From positions 12,485 through 76,484 of the forward strand of contig QZJM01000063.1 in the NCBI GenBank assembly GCA_003605065.1: a DNA stretch of 64,000 bases. The letters are read 5' to 3'. The DNA is from Dethiobacter sp. Its GTDB lineage: Bacteria > Bacillota > Dethiobacteria > DTU022 > UBA8154. Of this stretch, positions 30,525 through 40,632 are shown in pieces (positions within the stretch are counted from its first letter, which is position 1; every line of letters begins with the position of its first letter). The notes under the pieces are model-generated. The model ran no database searches. It had not been told where the DNA came from and was given only the letters and a program-made list of their open reading frames with translations. A program made the translations under genes and the position numbers.

Positions 30525-31150
30525 TCGGCAGCGGATGGCAGGCCGGGGCTCAGCTTCTGGCTCTCCTGGCGGTACGGCCTGTTAAAGAAATTAAGGTTTA
30601 CAGCCTGCGAAAAGAAAAACGTGAAGCGTTTGTAGAGGAAATGTGCCTTAAAACAGGGGCTAATATCCGATCTGTAGAAAGCCCCGAGGAATGTGTCCGG
30701 GAAGTAGACATTATTTTAGCTGCCACCTCGTCTCTTGTCCCTGTAATACGCCCGGAATGGTTGTCAGAGGGTGTACATATAAGCTGCATTAAAGCACAGG
30801 AAGTGGATGAAGCAGTTTTAAATACCTGCCAACGAATTGTCGTTCATACCAGGGTCCAACAAAAACAGATAGATAATATTCTTCCGGGCACAAAGTATAT
30901 TCCACAGGAACATGAACAAGGATGGTGGAATAAAGAGAGCCTGTGGGAAAGCCTTCCGGAGCTCTCTGATCTGATTGCCGGGCGTATTGCCGGACGGAAA
31001 AATGAGAAAGAGATTACCTGTTTTGTCAATAATGTCGGGGCAGGCCTGCAATTTGCTGCCCTGGGTGCCTTAATATTGAAAAAAGCCGGGACCCTTGGCT
31101 TGGGCAGGGAACTCCCCGGCGAATGGTTCTCCGAAGATGTACATCCTTAA
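30497..31150 (+). pseudogene. Ornithine cyclodeaminase/mu-crystallin family, 5' truncated
   Basis: REDACCAGLIGSGWQAGAQ...DIILAATSS...GAGLQFAALG; N-terminal domain replaced by the integrase end. Confidence 0.75.
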
Positions 31151-31245
31151 ATCTCCGGGCTATATTGATGAGTCTTAAGGACGATACTAACTGGAATTGT
31201 CATGGCAACCGTAATATCCTATTTCACCTGGGCTTAAATTAGCCG

Positions 31246-31740
31246 GTGCTCACTGCTATTTTTGGTGAAGGTTATTTTGCAGGGATAGAGGAGGTGTTTT
31301 CAAAAATATCAGGATTAGCCATAAATTCAACTCTGGTAATTCTTATTATCACATTTCTTTACAACTTATTTCTTCACATGCTGCTTACGCTTTTTCCTCT
31401 CTATATTGCATATCTGGGGCTAAGCCCCGCATTTCTGGGCTTTATTGTCTCACTTTCTGCTGTTATCCAGGTATTTTTTCGCTTGCCTGCCGGAATGGCT
31501 GTGGACAGGTGGGGGGAAAAGGCAGTACTTTTATTCAGTATTGTTTGTATGATCCTTTCAGCTGCTTATTGGTTTTTCGCGAGCCTTATATTGGCCTCCT
31601 TCGGAATCTTATGTCAGCAAAGGTTTTGGGTTTACCCTGGAACGCAGGTTGGGTTTTTTTAATCTGGCAGTAGGTACCGGTCTTATCCTGGGGCCGTTGC
31701 TGGCCGGCTTCTTACTTGGCCGCTTCTATTTGTGTCTTGT
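31246..31740 (+). pseudogene. MFS transporter fragment
   Basis: FPLYIAYLG, RLPAGMAVDRWGEK motif A; only about 4 TM segments before degenerating. Confidence 0.6.
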
Positions 31741-31802
31741 TTAACACCTGTTTTGTTTAAGACCAGCATAAAAGAAAAAATGGTTAAAAAGTAGATTTTG
31801 AA

Positions 31803-32507
31803 TTACAGGCAGTTATTACGATAGTTTCTTTTTACTTTCCGGACGAAGTAATTCCAAAAGTTTTTAATGTTTTGGGGATGATAAATCTGTTCTTTTTTAC
31901 GATAAACCTCTATTTCGGAAGTCCAGTGATACGCACCCAATAGCTCAGTATAAAACTGCATTTTAGCGGCCTTTTCCAGAAGAACTGCATAAATGGCGGC
32001 CTCTTCTACAGATTCACCCACTACTACTACCCCGTGATTGCGCATCAGCATGGCTTTTTGCCTACCCAGCTTTTCAGCGATTGCTTTTCCCTGCTCTGGT
32101 TTGACAATTAACTCCGTAGTTTCGGTAAAGACAGGCAGGTTTGTGAAAAGCACCCCTTCGTGGCTGACCGGACGCAATTTCCGGTCTGAAGCTGCTAAAG
32201 CTGTGCTGAAGGGCGGATGTGTGTGAATGACACAATTTATTTCAGGTCGAACCCTGCAAATTTCGGTATGAATGGGGTATTCGGAGTGGAGCCCCCTATG
32301 TCCTGCAATTTTTTTCCCATCAAGATTAATCATAATTATATCCCTGGCGGTTACTTCATCCAGGCCGATACCTTTTGGTTTCATATAAAGATATTCAGAG
32401 CCTTGCTCTCTGGCGGTCACATGTCCCAGAGTTATATCCCCGTGGCCCTCCAGGGAAAGGATGTTACAGGCCAGGGCTACTTTTCGGGCAAGCTGATAAT
32501 TTAACAT
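31803..32507 (-). CDS. Class II aldolase/adducin family protein
   Basis: GHVTAR, SEYPIHTEI, IHTHPP, MRNHGVVVVG. Confidence 0.9.
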   Translation of the reverse strand: MLNYQLARKVALACNILSLEGHGDITLGHVTAREQGSEYLYMKPKGIGLDEVTARDIIMINLDGKKIAGHRGLHSEYPIHTEICRVRPEINCVIHTHPPFSTALAASDRKLRPVSHEGVLFTNLPVFTETTELIVKPEQGKAIAEKLGRQKAMLMRNHGVVVVGESVEEAAIYAVLLEKAAKMQFYTELLGAYHWTSEIEVYRKKEQIYHPQNIKNFWNYFVRKVKRNYRNNCL

Positions 32508-32826
32508 AGCAAAACTTCTTTCTATATTTATTTTAAAACCAATTTTAGAATTGATAGGAAACTTCCCAAAATAAATGCTTGGCGCTGTAATTTATTTTAC
32601 CACGTAAGTGCTACTATTTTAAGAGTAAAATAACGGATTTTTTGAGTGAAATACAATTTAATATTGAACCCAAAAAGGTAGAAAAACCTTCTAAAGTAGC
32701 ACAACAATAAGTGGCTTATAACTTTTACTGTTCAAATATTAGCAGTAAGGCAATAATTTCGAAATATAGAACTTTCACAAGTAAAATTCCTTTATTCTCC
32801 TCTAAATACCTTTCAATATCTCCTAA

Positions 32827-33050
32827 TTTCTGGTATAATTAACTTATGGTACATATTATCATTTATGCCAGAAAGGAGGTTCGCCTTAGATGTTTAAGAA
32901 AAAATCTACCCATAAGCAGATGAATATTATGGATCCTTAACTCAGCTTTCCAAAGTATATCAAAGAGCAAAAAGGGGCACTCAGTATCAGGAAGCTTCCC
33001 ATGTTCAGCGAGCATGGCGCTACCGGCGTGAAGTGGGTTTGATCTGAAAA
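32827..33050 (+). mobile_element. Possible IS remnant (transposase N-terminus)
   Basis: TTTCTGGTATAA...TTATGCCAGAAA hairpin, GGAGGT RBS and MFKKKSTHKQMNIMDP*LSFPKYIKE from ATG 32890, resembling Firmicute transposase starts. Confidence 0.35.
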
Positions 33051-33088
33051 GTTGAGACAGAGAAAATATCCAGCCAAATTGGGGGTTT

Positions 33089-34087
33089 ATGAAAATGAGT
33101 AGAGTTTCAATTACACTTGCTTGTGAGGCTTACGACCGTGTTCGTGGATTGATAGATGGCACTGTAGATGTTGAAGGGGTTGATTTGAACTTTATCCCCT
33201 TGGGAGTTGAAGAAATTTTTTGGCGGCAGATAAAACACCATGAATTCGATGCTTCGGAGTGTTCCTTGTCTTCCTATACCATGTTGCGTTCAAAAGGTGA
33301 TGAAACATTCATTGCCATTCCGGTATTCACATCCAGAGCTTTTCGCCATGCCAGTATTTTTATTAATATCAGAAAAGGCATATCAACTCCCGGGGATTTG
33401 AAAGGGAAAGTGGTAGGAGTTCCCGAATATCAAATGACTGCAGCGGTTTGGGAACGGGGAATACTGGCTGATGAATACGGTGTAAACCCGCATGAGATAT
33501 CCTGGCGTTCAGGTGGGGAGGAAAATCCGGGAAGGGAAGAAAAGGTCAAACTCGATCTGCCCTCAAATGTGCACTACGAGCCTATCCCTGCTGATAAAAC
33601 TTTGTCTCAAATGCTGGACAATGGTGAAATTGACGCACTCTTTACTGCACGTGCTCCATCATGTTATTCAAAAAACTCTCCCAATGTAGCCAGGTTATTT
33701 GAGAATTATCGTGAAGTTGAGGAAGAGTATTATAAAAAAACCGGTATCTTTCCCATCATGCATGTAATTGTAATAAAAAGGGAGATATATAAACATAACC
33801 CGTGGATAGCAATGAGCCTGTACAAAGCTTTTTCTGAAGCAAAAAAAATAGCGCTTAAGAGTTACTCCAAGACAGAGGCCTTGGGAATAACTCTCCCATG
33901 GGTCATACATGAAGTGGACGAGACAAGGAAGGTTATGGGAGACGACTGGTGGTCCTATGGAATTGCCAAAAACCATAAAACACTGGAGACGTTTCTGTGT
34001 TACCACTATGAACAGGGGCTTTCGGCTGAAAAAATGACTGTTAAAGATTTATTTGCTGTAGAAACATTCGATGAATTTAAGATCTGA
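33089..34087 (+). CDS. 4,5-dihydroxyphthalate decarboxylase-like / periplasmic-binding-fold protein
   Basis: YDRVRGL, EEIFWR, ECSLSSY, PVFTSRAFRH, GVPEYQMTA, TGIFPIMH; no signal peptide. Confidence 0.8.
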   Translation: MKMSRVSITLACEAYDRVRGLIDGTVDVEGVDLNFIPLGVEEIFWRQIKHHEFDASECSLSSYTMLRSKGDETFIAIPVFTSRAFRHASIFINIRKGISTPGDLKGKVVGVPEYQMTAAVWERGILADEYGVNPHEISWRSGGEENPGREEKVKLDLPSNVHYEPIPADKTLSQMLDNGEIDALFTARAPSCYSKNSPNVARLFENYREVEEEYYKKTGIFPIMHVIVIKREIYKHNPWIAMSLYKAFSEAKKIALKSYSKTEALGITLPWVIHEVDETRKVMGDDWWSYGIAKNHKTLETFLCYHYEQGLSAEKMTVKDLFAVETFDEFKI

Positions 34088-34295
34088 TCTAAAAGTTACC
34101 GATTTTTGAACCTACTTCTTTACTTTTTTAAAGGTCAGATTAGGCCTATTTTATTTGACGCAATTCCTGTTAATTTAATCTAGTTGCCATTTTTCTTGTT
34201 AAAAGGTTATAATCAAATAGGTTTTAGAAATTTTAGAGTACAGCTTCCAAATTAAAAGTGGGAAATTTTTTTGTTTAGCTTATTTAGGAGGTTTT

Positions 34296-34529
34296 TTGTT
34301 GAATCGAATCGAAATCAGGGACGAAAGCTGTAAGGGCTGTCAATATTGCGTCATTTTTTGCCCCAGGGAGCTGGTCCAGATTGATAAGGGCAGGATAAAT
34401 GCCCTGGGCTATAACCCGGCAAGGTTTGTCGACAACCCTGACAGGCCCTGCCGGGGATGCGCTCTTTGTGCCGAGATATGCCCCGATGCACTGATCGAAG
34501 TTTACCGGAAAGAAAAAGGGAGAAGTTGA
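34296..34529 (+). CDS. 2-oxoacid:ferredoxin oxidoreductase delta subunit (2x4Fe-4S)
   Basis: CKGCQYCVIFCP and CRGCALCAEICPD. Confidence 0.85.
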   Translation: MLNRIEIRDESCKGCQYCVIFCPRELVQIDKGRINALGYNPARFVDNPDRPCRGCALCAEICPDALIEVYRKEKGRS

Positions 34530-34536
34530 AAAGAAT

Positions 34537-35622
34537 ATGTCCGAACGCAAAATACTCAGGGGATGTGTTGCTCTCGCCGAAGGAGCCATAGCTGCCGGGT
34601 GCCGCTTTTATTTCGGTTACCCCATCACTCCCCAGAATGATATTCCTGAATATCTTTCAGCCAGGCTTCCCCAGGTCGAAGGGGTCTTTATCCAGGCAGA
34701 AAGCGAGATAGCTTCCATTAATATGCTGTTGGGGGCAGCAGCCGCAGGAGCCAGGGCCATGACTTCTTCTTCGGGCCCGGGAATTTCTCTCATGCAGGAA
34801 GGTCTTTCCTATATGGCCGGATCAGAGCTGCCCGGGCTGGTAGTAAACATAACCAGGATTGGCCCCGGGCTGGGTGGGATTGCCGCCTCCCAGGGTGATT
34901 ACCGGCAGGCTACCAGGGGCGGCGGTCATGGTGACTATCATTTAATTGTCCTTGCTCCCAACTCGGTGCAGGAAATGTACGATTTGACCATAAAAGCATT
35001 TTACCTGGCTGACAAGTACCGCAACCCGGCCATGATCCTCTCAGATGCCATCCTGGGGCAGATGAAAGAACCTCTTTCCCTGGACCCACCCCCTCTTGTT
35101 CTCCCGGAAAAGCCGTGGGCCCTTACTGGGGCCAGGGGGAGAAAAGCGCAGCTAATCAAGTCACTGTACCTGGCAGATGGAGAAATGGAGCAACACAACT
35201 GGCATTTGCACGAAAAATACCGGCGCCTGGAAAGGGAAGAGGTGCTGGTGGAAACGGACCTGGAGGAGAAGATGGAGGTCTTGCTGGTGGCTTTCGGCTC
35301 CTGTTCCCGGATGGTTCATTCCGCAGTGGAGCTGGCCCGTTCCCGGGGGATCAGGGTGGGATTTCTCCGCCCTGTTACCGTTTACCCCTTTCCTCGCCAG
35401 GCACTCAGAGAGGTTTCCAGGGAAGTGGGAAAAGTGCTGGTCGTGGAGATGAATACCGGCCAGATGTGGGACGATGTGCGTTTGTCCCTGTACCCGGGAT
35501 GCCGGGCCGGGCTTTTGGCCCGCCCCGGTGGAGGCATACCTGCTCCCGGGCAAATACTGGCAGAAATTGAGAACTTAGTAAAGGCAGGGGATGGCATTGA
35601 CGAAAGTGTTTACCAGGCCTGA
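34537..35622 (+). CDS. 2-oxoacid (ketoisovalerate-type):ferredoxin oxidoreductase alpha subunit
   Basis: FGYPITPQ, QAESE, TSSSGPGISLMQE, VEMNTGQM. Confidence 0.9.
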   Translation: MSERKILRGCVALAEGAIAAGCRFYFGYPITPQNDIPEYLSARLPQVEGVFIQAESEIASINMLLGAAAAGARAMTSSSGPGISLMQEGLSYMAGSELPGLVVNITRIGPGLGGIAASQGDYRQATRGGGHGDYHLIVLAPNSVQEMYDLTIKAFYLADKYRNPAMILSDAILGQMKEPLSLDPPPLVLPEKPWALTGARGRKAQLIKSLYLADGEMEQHNWHLHEKYRRLEREEVLVETDLEEKMEVLLVAFGSCSRMVHSAVELARSRGIRVGFLRPVTVYPFPRQALREVSREVGKVLVVEMNTGQMWDDVRLSLYPGCRAGLLARPGGGIPAPGQILAEIENLVKAGDGIDESVYQA

Positions 35623-36340
35623 TTCTTTGCGGGATCTGGATTTTCATTTCTGTCCCGGCTGCCATCATGGTACTGCCCATCGTTTGATTTGTGAAGCCAT
35701 CGATTACCATGGAATTAAGAAGAAGACCATCGGGATACCGGGGGTAGGGTGTGGTGTTTTTCTGTACAACTACTTTGATCTGGATGTGTGCGAGGCGCCT
35801 CACGGCAGGGCGCCTGCCGTAGCCACGGGGTTTAAAAGGGTTCTTCCGCAAAATATTATCTTTACTTACCAGGGAGATGGGGACCTGGGCTCCATCGGCA
35901 TGTCGGAAATAATCCACACGGCCAACAGGGGTGAAAACATCACCGTTTTTTTTATTAACAACAGCGTTTACGGTATGACCGGAGGGCAGATGGCACCAAC
36001 CACGCTGCCGGGCCAGAAAACAACTACAACTCCCTATGGCAGGGATTTTCGCACAGAAGGTTATCCTATCCGCATGACGGAAATGCTCGCCCCCCTGGAA
36101 GGAGTGGCTTTTGCCGCCAGGGTTTCTCTCCATACACCCTCCCAGGTCAAAAAAGCAAGGAAAGCGGTCTTGAGGGCTTTGGATATACAGTTAAAAAATG
36201 GGGGCTTTTCTTTCGTGGAATTCCTTTGTGCATGCCCGACCAACTGGGGGCTTTCTCCCCGGCAGTGCATCGAAAAGATCGATAAGGAGATGCTTCAAGC
36301 CTTTCCTTTGGGTACCTATAAAGACAGGCAGGGTTCCTGA
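35591..36340 (+). CDS. 2-oxoacid:ferredoxin oxidoreductase beta (TPP-binding) subunit
   Basis: FCPGCHHG, GVGC, HGRAPA, QGDGD, YGMTGGQ, CPTNW. Confidence 0.9.
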   Translation: MALTKVFTRPDSLRDLDFHFCPGCHHGTAHRLICEAIDYHGIKKKTIGIPGVGCGVFLYNYFDLDVCEAPHGRAPAVATGFKRVLPQNIIFTYQGDGDLGSIGMSEIIHTANRGENITVFFINNSVYGMTGGQMAPTTLPGQKTTTTPYGRDFRTEGYPIRMTEMLAPLEGVAFAARVSLHTPSQVKKARKAVLRALDIQLKNGGFSFVEFLCACPTNWGLSPRQCIEKIDKEMLQAFPLGTYKDRQGS

Positions 36341-36363
36341 TCCTTAGGTAAAGAGGTGGAAAA

Positions 36364-36927
36364 GTGTATTATGATGTCATTTTCTCAGGGTTCGGCGGCC
36401 AGGGTGTTTTGCTTATAGGCGATATTCTGGCCCAGGCGGCAATGCTGGAGAACAGGCATGTAACCTGGATGCCATCGTACGGGGTGGAGATACGGGGCGG
36501 TGCAGCGAGCTGTACGGTGGTTATTTCCTCGCAAAAAATCGGCTCTCCGATTACGGAGGAGCCCTGCGGGTTACTGGCCATGAGCAAGCCCGCTCTCTTA
36601 AAATTTCAGCATAAAGTTAAAAAGGGGGGGCTTCTGGTTGTTAACACCTCTTTTGTGGAACCGGAAATGATAACCAGGGAAGATGTGATAAAGATCTGCC
36701 TCCCCGCCAGCGAAATCTCCTACCGGGAAACAGGAGATTATAAAATGGCCAATGCTGTTCTCCTCGGCGCTTTTGTATCTTTGAGCCGTGTCGTAACGCT
36801 GCAGGGGATGGAAGAAGCCTTGGGTGTTTTTTTTAAAGAAGAAAAGCAAAAGCTCTTGCCGTTAATGATCAAGGCCCTGCAATACGGTAGTGAGTTTGTA
36901 TGTGCCGGGATGAACGGGGACGGTTAA
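36364..36927 (+). CDS. 2-oxoacid:ferredoxin oxidoreductase gamma subunit
   Basis: GFGGQGV, PSYGVEIRGG, NAVLLGA. Confidence 0.9.
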   Translation: MYYDVIFSGFGGQGVLLIGDILAQAAMLENRHVTWMPSYGVEIRGGAASCTVVISSQKIGSPITEEPCGLLAMSKPALLKFQHKVKKGGLLVVNTSFVEPEMITREDVIKICLPASEISYRETGDYKMANAVLLGAFVSLSRVVTLQGMEEALGVFFKEEKQKLLPLMIKALQYGSEFVCAGMNGDG

Positions 36928-36992
36928 GGGCGTATTTCAATGCGCTCCACTTTATCTTTCACTGGCAAGCCTGGGGCCTGGGGCCCTCTTAA

Positions 36993-37021
36993 TTGACAAA
37001 AAGAAGAGATTGTTGTAACTT
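36993..37021 (+). promoter_or_regulatory. sigmaA-type promoter of Moco genes
   Basis: TTGACA-N17-TAACTT. Confidence 0.45.
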
Positions 37022-37064
37022 TAAAGATGGACTTATTACTTTTTAGGGAGGGAAAGGAGAAAAA

Positions 37065-37232
37065 ATGGAAGAGGTTAAAAAAAAGTTGCTGGAAACAGCA
37101 GCAAAAGGTAAGATGCCCTGCGTTATGGCCTTTAAGATTGCCAGGGAATGCAATTGTTCTGTTGCCGAGGTGGGAGAGCTCTGTAATGAGTTAAAAATCA
37201 AGATAGTAAGCTGCCAGCTTGGTTGTTTCTAG
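37065..37232 (+). CDS. Small 55-aa Cys-containing HTH-like protein (below ORF-track cutoff)
   Basis: AAGGAG RBS; MEEVKKKLLETAAKGKMPCVMAFKIARECNCSVAEVGELCNELKIKIVSCQLGCF*. Confidence 0.8.
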   Translation: MEEVKKKLLETAAKGKMPCVMAFKIARECNCSVAEVGELCNELKIKIVSCQLGCF

Positions 37233-37260
37233 TGTTAAAGGGGATTAGATTATATCTTAA

Positions 37261-38517
37261 GTGGAGTCGATTGATTTGCTTACAGTTCTAACTGTTAAAG
37301 AGGCCCAGCAGCGCATCCTTAGTTCCTTAAACGGCAAACGGACAGATATGGAAATCGTTCCTGCCATGAATCTGCTGGGGCGTGTTGCCGTTGAGGAAAT
37401 TGTGGCAACGGAAATGGTTCCGTCTTTTGCCCGGTCTACCATGGACGGTTTTGCTGTCCGCAGTACCGATACCTTTGGGGCATCGGAAAGTATTCCTGCT
37501 CTGCTCACATTAAAAGGCAATATCCTCATGGGGAAAGAGCCCCCGGGAAACCTGGAGCCCGGTGAAGCAATGGCTATCCCTACGGGAGGCATGCTCCCCC
37601 CGGGCAGCGATAGCGTTGTAATGGTAGAATACAGCGAAGTACTGGGAAACCAGGTGGCTGTCTATCGTCCTGCTGCCCCCCTGGAAAACATTATCCGTAT
37701 TGGAGATGATTTTCAACAAGGGGATACTGTGATACCTGCGGGTCATGTCATACGTTCACAGGATATCGGAATTTTATCAGCCCTGGGCCATCTGCAATTA
37801 AAAGTGTATGCCAGACCCAGGGTGAGTATTTTTTCCACCGGGGATGAAATTATTTCTCCGGCGGAACAACCGAAACCCGGCCAGATCAGGGATATCAACG
37901 GCTTTGCCCTTTCGGCCCAGGTGCTGGAAGGCGGGGGAGATCCGCAGTACCGGGGAATTATCGCCGATGAAAAGGAAGAACTGAGAAGCGGCCTGCTTGC
38001 TTCTTTTGATGATGCCGATATTATCATTATCTCCGGGGGGAGCTCCGTAGGGACCAGGGATGTTGCTGTAAAGGTAATTGATGAGCTTCCCGGAGGCGGG
38101 GTGCTTTTTCACGGGGTTTCCATGAGGCCGGGGAAACCCGTTATTTACGGGATTAGCGGGGGTAAACCAATTTTTGGTCTTTCGGGGAATCCTGTTTCTG
38201 CCATGTTCAGCTTTATTTTATTTGTCAGGCCTGTCTTGCGCCTGATACAGGGTCTGCCTGCCTTTCCGGCTTTTGTTCCTTACGTGGAGGCCTGTTTGGA
38301 AACTAACTTATCTTCTCCCGGAGGCAGGGAAGATTATGTAAGGGTAATGCTTTCCGGGGAAGAATCCTCTGGAAAAGAAATACTGCTCCGGGCCAGGCCT
38401 GTCTTCGGTGGGCCGGGCCTGCTGAGTACCATGGTCAAAGGAGACGGTTACTTTGTTATCCCCCGTGATCAGGAAGGCATCCCGGAAGGAAGTAAGGTTA
38501 AAGTATTTCTTTTTTGA
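37261..38517 (+). CDS. moeA: Molybdopterin molybdenumtransferase
   Basis: STMDGFAV, TGGMLP, STGDE, SGGSSVG, MRPGKP, LSGNPVS. Confidence 0.92.
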   Translation: MESIDLLTVLTVKEAQQRILSSLNGKRTDMEIVPAMNLLGRVAVEEIVATEMVPSFARSTMDGFAVRSTDTFGASESIPALLTLKGNILMGKEPPGNLEPGEAMAIPTGGMLPPGSDSVVMVEYSEVLGNQVAVYRPAAPLENIIRIGDDFQQGDTVIPAGHVIRSQDIGILSALGHLQLKVYARPRVSIFSTGDEIISPAEQPKPGQIRDINGFALSAQVLEGGGDPQYRGIIADEKEELRSGLLASFDDADIIIISGGSSVGTRDVAVKVIDELPGGGVLFHGVSMRPGKPVIYGISGGKPIFGLSGNPVSAMFSFILFVRPVLRLIQGLPAFPAFVPYVEACLETNLSSPGGREDYVRVMLSGEESSGKEILLRARPVFGGPGLLSTMVKGDGYFVIPRDQEGIPEGSKVKVFLF

Positions 38518-38561
38518 TTTAGATAAGGGCTCCAGGTTTATGTGATACAGGAGGTACGCTT

Positions 38562-40487
38562 GTGGAAAGAAAAATTTACCTAAGTAATATTTCGCTGTCC
38601 AAAGCCCGGGAAATTTTTTGGGAAGCAGCCCTGAAAAGAGAGCTGGGAACGGAAGAGATTATAACTACTGAAGCTGCGGGGAGGGTAACTGCCGAGCCTG
38701 TTTTTGCCCGCCTCTCATCACCCCATTATCACGCTGCGGCTATGGATGGTGTTGCTGTTAAAGCCGCTGATACTTTTGGCGCGGCTGCCACCTCTCCCCG
38801 GAGACTTTGCCTGGAAAAGGATGCTTTTTACGTGGACACCGGGGGGCTGCTGCCGCACGGCTGCGATGCCGTGATTATGATTGAAGATGTCTTTTTCCCG
38901 GATAAAGAGAATAGCCGTGCCATAGAAATAAGAGAGCCGGCTACTCCCTGGCAGCATGTCCGTTCTATCGGGGAAGATATTGTAGCCACGGAAATGATCC
39001 TGCCCTCCTTTCATCACATCAGATCTTTTGATATTGGAGCTTTGTTAAACGGCGGGGTATTTACGCTTAAAGTTTTTAAAAAACCGCTGGTTGCTTTAAT
39101 ACCGACAGGTTCAGAGCTGATAGATCCTGTACGTTTACCCGAACCGGGAAAAATTTTGGAATCCAATTCATATACATTTTCCGCTGCCGTTCGGAACTGG
39201 GGCGCTGAAGCCGTCAGGTTTCCCATCGTTAAAGACGATCTGCAGGAGCTGGAGGCAGCCCTTTCCAAGGCTGCAGGAGAAAGCGATTTGCTGTTAATAA
39301 GCGCCGGCTCTTCCGCGGGCCGCAAGGATTATACTTTCAATATACTGAACAAACTGGGCGAGGTGCTTGTCCACGGGGTAGCCATGAGACCTGGAAAACC
39401 GGTTATCCTGGCCATGATTGGTTCAACTCCGGTAGTAGGCCTTCCCGGTTATCCCGTTGCTGCCTATATGGCGCTGGAGCTTTTTGTGATGCCCCTGTTG
39501 TATTACTGGCAGAAGCAAAATCCGCCTCAACGTCAACTTCTGGAGGCGTACAGCTCCCGGCGTGTCCTTTCTTCTTTAAAAGAAGAGGAGTTTTTACGCT
39601 TAAAAGTGGGAAAAGTAAATGATCATTTTGTAGCTACCCCTCTGCCCCGGGGCTCGGGCGTGAGTATGTCCCTGGTGCGGGCCGACGGGGTAACTTCAAT
39701 TCCCCAGGATAAAGAAGGTATCGAGACCGGGGAAGCTGTTTCCGTAGAGCTGTGGCGCTCTGCCGCGGAAATCGAAAACACCATTGTTTGCCTGGGAAGC
39801 CACGACTTGAGCCTGGATATCCTGAATGATCACCTGCAAAAGCAGGGTCTTGGATATACCCTTTCTTCTGCACACGTAGGCAGTATGGGGGGTATAATGG
39901 CCCTAAAACGGGGAGAGACTCACCTGGCCGGCCTGCATTTGCTTGACCCGGACAGCGGACTTTATAATATACCATATGTACAGCGTTATTTGCCCGAAAC
40001 GGAAATCGTTCTGGTCCACCTGGCCAAAAGAGAACTGGGCCTTATGGTAGCATCTGGCAACCCCCTTAAAATTGCCGGTTTAGAAGATCTGGGCAGGAGC
40101 GATGTTGTCTTTGTCAACCGGCAAAAAGGTGCCGGGACACGTATATTTCTTGATTTCATGCTCAGGAAAAAGGGGATTGACCCCGTGAGTATCAGCGGCT
40201 ATGAACGGGAAGAATACAATCACCTTTCTGTTGCTGCCGCTGTAGCCGCAGGCGGAGCTCACGCGGGCCTGGGAATTCGGGCTGCTGCAGGAGCCCTTGG
40301 CGTGGATTTCATTCCGCTGGCTCAAGAGTCCTATGATCTGGCCATTCCTTTGTTTTTCTATAATTCCGCCAAATGCCGGGCTCTTTTGGAGGTGATCAGT
40401 TCTCCTGCTTTCCGGGAAGCAGTGGAGAAAATGGGAGGCTATGATTTACAGCAGAGTGGGGAGGTTGCCTGGCGCTCCAAGCAGTAG
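38562..40487 (+). CDS. MoeA fused to periplasmic-binding-protein domain (molybdopterin biosynthesis protein)
   Basis: AMDGVAV, PTGSEL, PGKP, GSHD, VGSMGG, NRQKGAGTR. Confidence 0.9.
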   Translation: MERKIYLSNISLSKAREIFWEAALKRELGTEEIITTEAAGRVTAEPVFARLSSPHYHAAAMDGVAVKAADTFGAAATSPRRLCLEKDAFYVDTGGLLPHGCDAVIMIEDVFFPDKENSRAIEIREPATPWQHVRSIGEDIVATEMILPSFHHIRSFDIGALLNGGVFTLKVFKKPLVALIPTGSELIDPVRLPEPGKILESNSYTFSAAVRNWGAEAVRFPIVKDDLQELEAALSKAAGESDLLLISAGSSAGRKDYTFNILNKLGEVLVHGVAMRPGKPVILAMIGSTPVVGLPGYPVAAYMALELFVMPLLYYWQKQNPPQRQLLEAYSSRRVLSSLKEEEFLRLKVGKVNDHFVATPLPRGSGVSMSLVRADGVTSIPQDKEGIETGEAVSVELWRSAAEIENTIVCLGSHDLSLDILNDHLQKQGLGYTLSSAHVGSMGGIMALKRGETHLAGLHLLDPDSGLYNIPYVQRYLPETEIVLVHLAKRELGLMVASGNPLKIAGLEDLGRSDVVFVNRQKGAGTRIFLDFMLRKKGIDPVSISGYEREEYNHLSVAAAVAAGGAHAGLGIRAAAGALGVDFIPLAQESYDLAIPLFFYNSAKCRALLEVISSPAFREAVEKMGGYDLQQSGEVAWRSKQ

Positions 40488-40632
40488 TTTATAGTGCAAC
40501 CGGGATGATGGCGGAAAAAATTTACCTGAATATACAAACCGCCATGATCCAGCTGGTCACAACAGCGGATGAAAATGCAAGTAACAAGTAGTAAGATTTA
40601 GCCTTCTCTATTCCCGACCTCCAAATGGGGGG

